Part shown: positions 29,724-37,813 of the stretch, piece after piece | Layout: each line of letters opens with the position of its first letter | Numbering within the stretch: the stretch's first letter is position 1 | Source: an uncultured Bdellovibrionales bacterium | GTDB taxonomy: Bacteria > Patescibacteriota > Minisyncoccia > Moranbacterales > UBA9337 | DNA length: 64,000 nucleotides | Direction: 5' to 3' | Assembly (NCBI GenBank): GCA_964605525.1 | Contig: CAZSCV010000002.1 | Location: 69,888 to 133,887, forward strand | Notes under the pieces: generated by a model | The model's database searches: none | What the model saw: the letters and a program-made list of their open reading frames with translations, nothing else | What the model was told of the DNA's origin: nothing | Translations under genes and position numbers: made by a program

Positions 29724-30125
29724 ATGGCAGATATTTTTTCAAAAAATAAAAGATCCGACATAATGTCCAAAATCAAAAGTAAGGAAACGGGAATTGAAAT
29801 AAAACTGAGAAAAGAACTGTGGAAGGCGGGCTACAGATATCGGAAAAATGTATCAGGCTATTTCGGAAAGCCTGATATTTTATTAAAAAAATACAAGACG
29901 GTTATTTTCGTTGATTCCTGTTTTTGGCACGGATGTAAAAAACACGGATCAATGCCTCAAACTCGCAAGAAATTTTGGAAAGAAAAAATCGAGCGAAACA
30001 AAGAACGAGACAAAGAGGTTAATAAGTATTACAAAAAAATAGGCTGGAAGGTTATCAGAATTTGGGAGCATGATATAATAAATGGCTCATGGATAAAAGG
30101 GGTCAGGCACTTTTTTGAGAAATAA
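29724..30125 (+). CDS. vsr: very short patch repair endonuclease Vsr
   Basis: RSDIMSKIKSKETGIE...FVDSCFWHGCKKHG...GWKVIRIWEHD is canonical Vsr. Confidence 0.85.
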   Translation: MADIFSKNKRSDIMSKIKSKETGIEIKLRKELWKAGYRYRKNVSGYFGKPDILLKKYKTVIFVDSCFWHGCKKHGSMPQTRKKFWKEKIERNKERDKEVNKYYKKIGWKVIRIWEHDIINGSWIKGVRHFFEK

Positions 30126-30189
30126 GATTAAAATAAAATTATGACACCAAAAAACAAAAAATTTTCCATTGCTCTTGCCGGCTGGCGCA

Positions 30190-30262
30190 AGGCTCTGAAT
30201 TGTCCGTAATTAATTCCTGAATTCCTGCCCGCCTCTGGAGGGAATTCAGTAATAAATAAAAA
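30190..30262. repeat. right boundary repeat of defense-like island (AATTCCTGAATTCCTG CCCGCC TCTGGAGGG AATTCAGTAATAAATAAA)
   Basis: Shares core sequences with 24141-24215. Contains the inverted repeat CTGAATTCC...GGAATTCAG. Confidence 0.6.
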
Positions 30263-30337
30263 TTAAAATAAATAAATAAAAAAAATATCCAAACTCATCA
30301 TTTACTCTTAATTATTTAATTTGGATTCTCAACTAAG

Positions 30338-30499
30338 ATGTCCCAACAAAAAATAAAAATCATCACTGTAAATGACAAGATGCAGTCAGGATACAAATAT
30401 AATCTGACTGAGTTGATGGGGAAGAATTTTGATCCGGCGTTCAAGCCGGAGCTGACTCCCAAGGAGATGCTGGCGCTGGAATTGTATTCAAAAGCGTGA
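30338..30499 (+). CDS. 53-aa ORF upstream of fic (possible cognate small partner/antitoxin, or N-terminal gene fragment)
   Basis: MSQQKIKIITVNDKMQSGYKYNLTELMGKNFDPAFKPELTPKEMLALELYSKA. Its stop lies in the first CAAAAGCGTGAAAA repeat. Confidence 0.3.
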   Translation: MSQQKIKIITVNDKMQSGYKYNLTELMGKNFDPAFKPELTPKEMLALELYSKA

Positions 30500-30534
30500 A
30501 AATGTGAGAATTTTAATGATTTTTCACGATTATG

Positions 30535-30562
30535 TTGACAAAAGCGTGAAAAAGAGTATAAT
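30535..30562 (+). promoter_or_regulatory. consensus sigma70 promoter TTGACA-16-TATAAT for fic, overlapped by direct repeat CAAAAGCGTGAAAA (x2)
   Basis: Perfect hexamers. The 14-nt motif occurs at 30489-30502 and within the spacer at 30539-30552. Confidence 0.65.
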
Positions 30563-30570
30563 ATTAACAT

Positions 30571-31458
30571 ATGGTTAAAATACTAAATGTCTACAATAAA
30601 ATAAGTTTTCTGCGCGAGCGATACTATGAGGCATCTGCCGATAAAGATGCGCTTATTAAGCTTATTGCTGAAGCTGAAGTGGCTGAACAGGTGTATAACT
30701 CCAATGCCATCGAAAACAGCACTCTTTCACTTGAAGAAACGGAAAAAATACTTTTACAGATTGATCTGGATAGATATATTTCTGAGCGAGAAATTTTTGA
30801 AGCCAAAAATTTGGCACGAGTTGTGTCATACATTGATAAAAAATCTAAAGAGCAAGAACTCACTCTTGAGGTAATTTTGTCATTGCATAAAATGCTAATC
30901 TCCAATATTCGCGATGACATTGCTGGCAGATTCAGAAAAGATAATGAATTTGTGCGAGTTGGAAATCACATTGCGCCTAATCCAAAAGAAGTGGTTGAAC
31001 GATTAGAAAAAATGCTGGCTGAATATAATGCTTCAAGTCACGAAAATATTATAAAGCGTATTGCAAAACTGCATTTGACTTTTGAATATGCTCATCCATT
31101 TTGTGATGGCAATGGACGCATTGGGCGAGTTATTAATAATTATCTGTTAATGCGAGAGGGGTTCGTGCCGATAAATATAAAATTTATTGATCGCAAAAAA
31201 TATTATGAAGCGTTTCGAGAATTTGATGCAAATGGATCGACTGCTATTATGGAGGAAATAGTTGGCAAAGCTTTGACTAATAGTTATCATAAGCGGTTGG
31301 CATATTTGGAAGGCAAAAAAATAATTACCTTGGTTGAATATGCAAAAAACAATAAGCTTTCACATTCTAATATGATAAATAAGGCTAGTAGACAAACTAT
31401 TGAGGCTTTTTTGGAAAAGAATGTTTGGAAAATTGGGATCAATAATGATACAAAATAA
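30571..31458 (+). CDS. fic: Fic/Doc family protein (AMPylation-type toxin-like)
   Basis: Fic motif HPFCDGNGRIGR. Confidence 0.85.
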   Translation: MVKILNVYNKISFLRERYYEASADKDALIKLIAEAEVAEQVYNSNAIENSTLSLEETEKILLQIDLDRYISEREIFEAKNLARVVSYIDKKSKEQELTLEVILSLHKMLISNIRDDIAGRFRKDNEFVRVGNHIAPNPKEVVERLEKMLAEYNASSHENIIKRIAKLHLTFEYAHPFCDGNGRIGRVINNYLLMREGFVPINIKFIDRKKYYEAFREFDANGSTAIMEEIVGKALTNSYHKRLAYLEGKKIITLVEYAKNNKLSHSNMINKASRQTIEAFLEKNVWKIGINNDTK

Positions 31459-31785
31459 TATTTTATAAACGAATCAGAAACAAGAGCTGAATATATTGAT
31501 CCCAAGTTGAAAACCAGTGGCTAGGGAGAAGTTGAAGCTAAAAGGTATACTCAATTCTGTGCTGATGTGATAAAATTCGAAATAGTTTGGTAGTGTCCCC
31601 GATAACATCTGCGTTGCAGACTGAAGGATGCTAGGGAATTGGCTCTGGTTTTCCCGGACACTAAAAACGCACGGTCCCCAGCGGTCATGGTCCACCGTAT
31701 AGGCCACGTTGCTGAAATATGGACTTGTTTACCGGGATTTGAGCAGGAATGCTATTTATTAAAGCTTCCTGATACTCAGATCCCG

Positions 31786-31886
31786 TTTTTTATTTCATCA
31801 AAACCATCGCTCACTTCAATTTAATCTCAATCACATCCCAATTCTCCAATATATTAGTTCGAAGCGTGTACCCTAGTCCGTGCAAG
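31786..31886. repeat. copy C of the roughly 105-bp repeat family (near-identical to copy A)
   Basis: TTTTTTATTTCATCAAAACCATCGCTCACTTCAATTTAATCTCAATCACATCCCAATTCTCCAATATATTAGTTCGAAGCGTGTACCCTAGTCCGTGCAAG. A partial right-end copy at about 31540-31580 (GGTATACTCAATTCTGTGCTGATG) lies in a GC-richer segment. Confidence 0.8.
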
Positions 31887-32036
31887 TACTGAAAAATGCC
31901 TTTAAATTGGCATTTTCTGCGTTTTGTTTTAAACACATTCATTTGGGTGTGTTTTTGTTTTTGGGAGTGGGGGCGAGAAGAAAATAATCGTGATATAATA
32001 AGAATATTGAATAATAAGTGAGCGAGTATTTTTTGT

Positions 32037-32885
32037 ATGAAAATTTTTAAAAGTAAGGTTTGCAAAATGATGCTACTTGGCGCACTGGGATTGATAGTGA
32101 TTATTGGTTGGTATTTTCTGGACAAACCTCCTTTGCAGGGCGATTGGCAGGAGCAATTAGCGGTGGCATCAACTGCAGAATTCAATGGTGATTTCGTGAC
32201 TGTTAAAAATGTGCGAAATTTTCGATATTATCCAACTGAAGCTGATATGCATCCGGATTATTATGACAAAACCTATAATCTTACTCAAATAAAAAAAGTT
32301 TGGTACATAACTGAGCCGTTTAATGAAAACAAGATTGCCGCACACACATTTGTTTCTTTTGAATTCAATAATGGCGACTTTTTGTCTATCAGTATTGAAG
32401 CTCGCAAGGCTAAGGGTCAAACATATAGTACTTTGAAGGGTATGGTGCATTCCTATCCGCTTATATATATCGCGGCCGATGAAAGGGATGTTCTTTTAAT
32501 GCGGGCTAATCTGCGCAAAGATCAGGTCTATGTGTATCCGGTGAGGTTGGAAAAACAGGAGAATGCCAGATTGCTGTTGGTCGATATGCTAGGAAAAATG
32601 AATGAATTGACTTCGACTCATCCAGTCTGGTACAATACGCTTTTTGCCAACTGCACTTCCAGTATTGCTAGTCACATAAACAAGATTACTCCCGGACGCA
32701 TCTCTATTTTTTCTTGGCAACTCTGGTTAACCTCATCAGCAGATGAATTGGCCTTGGAACGTGGTCTTCTGGACACTGATTTGCCCATTGAGCAAGCTCG
32801 GGAAAAATATAATATAAATGCAATTTCCGAGAAAGTCGGCGACATGGAAAATTATTCGTCCGAGATCAGAAGGGGATTGAGGTAA
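32037..32885 (+). CDS. hypothetical membrane-anchored protein (possibly DUF4105-like)
   Basis: N-terminal TM; DUF4105 is guessed from overall pattern only. Confidence 0.35.
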   Translation: MKIFKSKVCKMMLLGALGLIVIIGWYFLDKPPLQGDWQEQLAVASTAEFNGDFVTVKNVRNFRYYPTEADMHPDYYDKTYNLTQIKKVWYITEPFNENKIAAHTFVSFEFNNGDFLSISIEARKAKGQTYSTLKGMVHSYPLIYIAADERDVLLMRANLRKDQVYVYPVRLEKQENARLLLVDMLGKMNELTSTHPVWYNTLFANCTSSIASHINKITPGRISIFSWQLWLTSSADELALERGLLDTDLPIEQAREKYNINAISEKVGDMENYSSEIRRGLR

Positions 32886-32999
32886 AGATTAAAGGAATGT
32901 AGGAATCTGGAATTTTTTGTGATAATATTGAAATATTAAAATTAAAATAAAAAAAGAATTATTTATACTGGATTAACCCAAGAGCAAGCCACCGAGGCT

Positions 33000-35474
33000 T
33001 TGCAAAAAGACGGATTCAATGAGTTGCCTTCACAAAAAAAGCAGGGCGTTTTTGTGGTATTTTTGGAGGTGATAAAAGAGCCAATGTTGTTCATTTTGGT
33101 GATTGCCGGTTTTATTTATCTGGCAATGGGAGAATTGCAAGATGCTTTGATGCTTCTTTCTTTTATTGTAGTGGTTATCGGAATAACTTTTTATCAAAAG
33201 CATAAAACAGAGAAAACTCTGGATGCCTTGCGCAATCTTTCCAGCCCCAGAGCGTTGGTAATTCGAGATGGCAAGCAAATACGAATTCCCGGGCGGGAAG
33301 TTGTGCGTGGTGATATGATTATAATCCGTGAAGGCGACCGTATTCCCGCAGATGCCGTGATTTTAGATTGTGAAAATCTTTCTGTCGATGAATCGCTCCT
33401 GACCGGAGAATCTGTTTCTGTGCGAAAATCCGAGGGTAATAAAAAAATGGAATTCAAAAGACCAGGAGGAGATGATCTTCCTTTTGTATACTCCGGATCA
33501 TTAGTCGTGAGCGGACGGGGTGTTGCAGAAGTATTGCGCATCGGAATTGAAACCGAGATCGGCAAAATCGGAAAAAGCCTGGATTCAATAAAAAACGAGG
33601 AAACTAACTTAAACAAGGAAATATCCAGAGTTGCCAGCCGAATGGGAATTTTTGGAATTATTGTCTGTCTTATATTTATTCTTGTTTATTACATTGTTAA
33701 GGGCAATCTCTTGGAAGGATTTTTGGCCGGATTGGCACTGAGTATGTCAATGCTTCCGGAAGAATTTCCCGTAGTTTTGATAATATTTATGACATTGGGC
33801 GCTTGGAGAATTTCAAAAAAACAGGTTTTAACCCGGCGCGCATCGGCAATTGAAACTCTCGGCGCGGCGACCGTCCTTTGTACTGATAAAACCGGAACTT
33901 TGACAATGAATGAAATGCAATTATCTTCCCTGTATTCAAAAGGTGTTTTCCTTAAAATAACCAACGCTAAAAAAGATAATTTGCCGAATGAATTTTCAGA
34001 ATTGCTTGAGGTGGCACTGCTTTCAAGCCAACAAGATCCATTTGATCCCATTGAAAAAGAAATAAAAAGAACGTACGAAAAATATTTGACCAGCAAAAAA
34101 GAATCCTTAAGTGGAATGTTTTTAACAAAAGAATATTCGCTGTCGAAAGAATTGACTGCGGTGTCGCATGCTTGGAAAACAAGGGAGGAAGATTACCTGA
34201 TTGTTTCAAAGGGCTCTCCGGAGGCCATTTTGGAGCTGTGCCATACGGGCAGAGGAGAAAGGATGGAACTTCTGAAAACCATAAATGACATGTCAGCCAA
34301 GGGCTTGAGAGTCCTGGGAACCGCCAAGGCGATTTTTACCGAAAAAGAATTGCCAGCCAATCAGCATGATTTTAAATTTGAATTTACGGGGTTTTTGGGT
34401 TTTGTTGATCCGCCGCGAGATTCCGCTTCGCTGGCAATCAAAGAAGCATATCAGGCAGGTATGCGAGTAATAATGATAACCGGAGATTATCCCGGAACGG
34501 CACAATTTATCGCTAAAAAAATCGGCATCAAAAATCCGGAGCGGTTTATTACGGGAGATGAAATAAGTAGAATGAATCCGGATGAATTCAAAAAGAAAAT
34601 AATCGGGGTAAATATCTTTGCGCGTACTGCACCGGAACAAAAACTTCAAATTATCAGTGCGCTTAAGTCTAATAATGAAATCGTTGCCATGACGGGCGAC
34701 GGGGTCAATGATGCGCCGGCTCTCAAGGCTGCTGATATTGGAATTGCTATGGGAAAACGCGGAACCGATGTCGCGCGTGAAGCTTCCGCGCTTGTACTTT
34801 TGGATGATGATTTTTCTTCCATTGTCGATGCTGTCCGTTTGGGTCGCCGCATTTATGCCAACCTGAGAAAAGCTTCCGGATATATCTTGGCGGTTCATAT
34901 TCCTATTGCCGGAATCTCTCTTTTACCTTTGTTTTTTAATTTTCCTATAATTTTATTGCCGGCGCATATCGCTTTTTTGGAATTAATAATTGATCCAGCT
35001 TGTTCAACTGTTTTTGAGGCAGAAAAAGAATCTCCCAATACGATGCATAGGCCGCCCAGGAGCATCAGTGAATCTATTTTCAGCAGGAAAAATGTCATCC
35101 TGAGCCTAATGCAAGGTTTTGGAGTTTTGCTGGCTGCCTTGTTGTCTCTTTTTTATGCCATTAAGACAGGCAGGAGTGAAGAAGAAATCAGATCATTTGC
35201 TTTTGCTTCGCTTGTTTTGTCTAATATTATCTTAATAACTATTAATCTCTCTTGGCATAATAATATTCATAAAATTATTTTGTCCGGAAATAAAATTTTA
35301 TTTTTTGTTGCCGGCGGAGCAATAGCTTGCCTTTTGGCTGTTTTATACATACCTTTCTTTTCGAGATTATTCCATATGGCGCCAATTGGCACCGGAGAAT
35401 TTTTTCTTATCGGAATTGCTTCTATGATTAGTTTGTTTTGGTTTGAAATACTCAAGATTTTTGCAAGAAAATAG
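33000..35474 (+). CDS. P-type cation-transporting ATPase (type IIA-like), TTG start as listed; N-terminus appears truncated or uses a non-canonical start
   Basis: DKTGTLT, TGDYPGTA and GDGVNDAPALK motifs. The conserved N-terminal GLTQEQATEALQKDGFNEL continues in frame upstream of 33000 to a stop at 32943-32945 with no ATG/GTG/TTG available. Confidence 0.8.
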   Translation: MQKDGFNELPSQKKQGVFVVFLEVIKEPMLFILVIAGFIYLAMGELQDALMLLSFIVVVIGITFYQKHKTEKTLDALRNLSSPRALVIRDGKQIRIPGREVVRGDMIIIREGDRIPADAVILDCENLSVDESLLTGESVSVRKSEGNKKMEFKRPGGDDLPFVYSGSLVVSGRGVAEVLRIGIETEIGKIGKSLDSIKNEETNLNKEISRVASRMGIFGIIVCLIFILVYYIVKGNLLEGFLAGLALSMSMLPEEFPVVLIIFMTLGAWRISKKQVLTRRASAIETLGAATVLCTDKTGTLTMNEMQLSSLYSKGVFLKITNAKKDNLPNEFSELLEVALLSSQQDPFDPIEKEIKRTYEKYLTSKKESLSGMFLTKEYSLSKELTAVSHAWKTREEDYLIVSKGSPEAILELCHTGRGERMELLKTINDMSAKGLRVLGTAKAIFTEKELPANQHDFKFEFTGFLGFVDPPRDSASLAIKEAYQAGMRVIMITGDYPGTAQFIAKKIGIKNPERFITGDEISRMNPDEFKKKIIGVNIFARTAPEQKLQIISALKSNNEIVAMTGDGVNDAPALKAADIGIAMGKRGTDVAREASALVLLDDDFSSIVDAVRLGRRIYANLRKASGYILAVHIPIAGISLLPLFFNFPIILLPAHIAFLELIIDPACSTVFEAEKESPNTMHRPPRSISESIFSRKNVILSLMQGFGVLLAALLSLFYAIKTGRSEEEIRSFAFASLVLSNIILITINLSWHNNIHKIILSGNKILFFVAGGAIACLLAVLYIPFFSRLFHMAPIGTGEFFLIGIASMISLFWFEILKIFARK

Positions 35475-35578
35475 CGTCGTTCTTGCCTTGTTTTGTGTTT
35501 TGGAATAAACTGAACGGGGTAGGTAAAAGTGGCAAAAAGCGCTTATTTATTATTTTTTTATACCAAGTGTTAAATTAT

Positions 35579-36646
35579 ATGGACATTAAGGAAGAGCTGA
35601 AAAAATTCAAAGATTTGTTGGATCCGAAAATTGAAATATATCTGGACAAAGCCGTCAAAGAGGCGGAAAAAGAAGATATCTTTATTGCCGATGCTTTGCG
35701 CTTTGTGAAAAAATATGTGCTTTCCGGAGGTAAAAGATTGCGCCCAGCACTCATGTATTATGGCTATTTGGCTGCTGGAGGAAAAGAAAGAGAAAAAGCT
35801 CTCAAGACCGCAGTAAGCATTGAACTGATTCATGCTTTTCTTCTTATTCATGATGATATTATCGATAAGGATGAGATGCGTCACGGAGTGGACACGGCGC
35901 ACTATCATTTTTCCAAATTAGGAAAGAAATATTTTCCCAAAAAAGATAGCGCGCATTTCGGCAATTCCATTGCGATTATTGTGGGGGATATGGTAGGAGC
36001 GATGGGAAATCAAATTATTTTCAATTCTGATTTCGACACAAAAAATATTATGCGGGCGCTGGACCGTTTGCAAGGAATTGTTTCAATGACGGTTATCGGG
36101 CAATCTCAAGATGTGTATATCGAATATGCGGGAAAGGCGAGTGAGAAAGAAATCTTGCAAATGTACAAAAATAAAACTGCCAAATATACCATCGAGGGTC
36201 CGCTTCATTTGGGAGCGATTTTGGGCGGAGCTGGCGATGAACTTTTGGAAAAAATCACCCGTTTTTCCATTCCAATCGGAATCGCTTTTCAAATTCAAGA
36301 TGATATTTTGGGAATTTTTGGATCAGAGAGGAAAATCGGAAAACCGGTTGGTTCAGATATTCAAGAAGGAAAACAAACAATTTTAGTGGCGCGCGCTTTG
36401 GAAATTGGAAAAGCTGATCAAAAAAAGGTTATCAAAAGTTTACTGGGGAAAGAGAAATTAACATCTAAAGATATTGATGAATTCCGTCGGGCGATTATTG
36501 CTTCTGGTGCATTGGAATATGCGCAAAAAACAGCTACTGATTTTATCAAGCAAGGAAAAAAAGAAATTGAGAGTGCGCAGATAAAAAGCGAAGCCAAAGA
36601 ATTTCTCTTAGGAATGGCTGATTATATGATGAGCAGGGATGTTTGA
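35579..36646 (+). CDS. polyprenyl diphosphate synthase (IspA/GGPPS family)
   Basis: First DDxxD LLIHDDIIDKDEMRHG and second FQIQDDILG motifs; start at internal ATG (MDIKEELKK). Confidence 0.8.
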   Translation: MDIKEELKKFKDLLDPKIEIYLDKAVKEAEKEDIFIADALRFVKKYVLSGGKRLRPALMYYGYLAAGGKEREKALKTAVSIELIHAFLLIHDDIIDKDEMRHGVDTAHYHFSKLGKKYFPKKDSAHFGNSIAIIVGDMVGAMGNQIIFNSDFDTKNIMRALDRLQGIVSMTVIGQSQDVYIEYAGKASEKEILQMYKNKTAKYTIEGPLHLGAILGGAGDELLEKITRFSIPIGIAFQIQDDILGIFGSERKIGKPVGSDIQEGKQTILVARALEIGKADQKKVIKSLLGKEKLTSKDIDEFRRAIIASGALEYAQKTATDFIKQGKKEIESAQIKSEAKEFLLGMADYMMSRDV

Positions 36647-36670
36647 TGAAAAAATAATTCAAATAAAAAA

Positions 36671-36694
36671 CTCCCGGCGTGCCGGGAGTTTTTT
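36671..36694. terminator. bidirectional rho-independent terminator (CTCCCGGC..GCCGGGAG + T6)
   Basis: Between the convergent prenyl synthase and rpmB genes. Confidence 0.65.
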
Positions 36695-36695
36695 A

Positions 36696-36863
36696 TTACT
36701 TGGAAATAGTTTTTATGCATTTGGCGCAAACTTTTCTCTTTTTTCCGTCAATTTTTTTTGACTGGACATTGATTTTGAATTTTCGATTGGAAGCAATATT
36801 TGAATGGCTTCGAGAATGACCGGTTTTAGTCCCGCGTCCGCAAACTTCACAAGTTCTACTCAT
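36696..36863 (-). CDS. rpmB: 50S ribosomal protein L28
   Basis: MSRTCEVCGRGTKTGHSRSHSNIASNRKFKINVQ... matches L28; start at internal Met 21 of listed ORF. Confidence 0.8.
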   Translation of the reverse strand: MSRTCEVCGRGTKTGHSRSHSNIASNRKFKINVQSKKIDGKKRKVCAKCIKTISK

Positions 36864-37046
36864 AATATCATATACCATGGAATATGGAGCATGGAACATT
36901 TGCATTATTGCTATGTGTTTCACGTTTCATATTTCACGAAATTGGGTTGCTTTATTACAGAAATTATCTTATCATAGTAAATGGGTTTTGGCAAGGAGAT
37001 TGTGTTTTTTTCAGAAAACCATAATTTATTAAAAGGGTAAAATAAT

Positions 37047-37748
37047 ATGTCTGGAGAAATTGTGCTAATTATTTTTCAAGTAGCTATTGTAATAATGTCA
37101 GTAGTTGTTCATGAAGTTTCCCACGGATTAGCAGCTTTTTATTTGGGCGATCCAACCGCAAAATATGCCGGGCGCCTCACTTTGAACCCTTTCCACCATT
37201 TGGATTTGTGGGGATCTGTCTTGGTACCTATTTTTATGATTTTTACGTTTGGTTTCGGTTTTGGATGGGCAAAACCGGTTCCATATAATCCGTACAATTT
37301 GAAAGACCAAAAAAAAGGTCCGGCATTGGTCGGATTGGCCGGTCCGCTTTCAAATATCATTCTGGCATTAGTTTTTGGACTAGCCGCCCGTTTCATTGCC
37401 ATCAACTATTTGGGGAAAATAGATATTCTTAATAACTTGCTCCAGGGGGATTATTCAAGTCTGGTTCTTGCGGTTTCAGGTTCTCTTTCTTCGATATTTT
37501 TCCTTTTGTTTACAATGATCGTGGTAATAAATGTTTTTTTGGCGTTTTTTAATCTTATTCCAATCCCTCCGCTGGACGGTTCCAAATTGCTTTTTTACCT
37601 TATTCCAATAAAAACAGAAACGAAAATAATGCTGGAGTCTTTCGGATTCGTTTTTCTTTTGGTTTTTATCTTCTTAGCGTCTCCGCTTTTGGGAAGATTC
37701 CTTTATGGAGCGTTGGATATCTTTTTTCATTATGTAGTGGGAATATAG
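37047..37748 (+). CDS. site-2 protease family zinc metalloprotease (peptidase M50)
   Basis: HEVSHGLAAFYLGD HExxH motif in a TM helix; multi-TM. Confidence 0.75.
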   Translation: MSGEIVLIIFQVAIVIMSVVVHEVSHGLAAFYLGDPTAKYAGRLTLNPFHHLDLWGSVLVPIFMIFTFGFGFGWAKPVPYNPYNLKDQKKGPALVGLAGPLSNIILALVFGLAARFIAINYLGKIDILNNLLQGDYSSLVLAVSGSLSSIFFLLFTMIVVINVFLAFFNLIPIPPLDGSKLLFYLIPIKTETKIMLESFGFVFLLVFIFLASPLLGRFLYGALDIFFHYVVGI

Positions 37749-37813
37749 AACTAAGAAAAATTTCCATAAAAAAAATTGCATTTTATTTTAAAGAATAATG
37801 CAATTTTTTTTAG

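Noticed and set aside
31639-31824. 61-aa plus-strand ORF
   Set aside because: It spans a GC-richer fragment and runs into repeat copy C. It is probably a chance frame across a repeat or element remnant.
33030-35455. Multiple minus-strand ORFs inside the P-type ATPase gene (for example 34293..34898)
   Set aside because: They are antisense to a gene with DKTGTLT and GDGVNDAPALK motifs, and they have no support.
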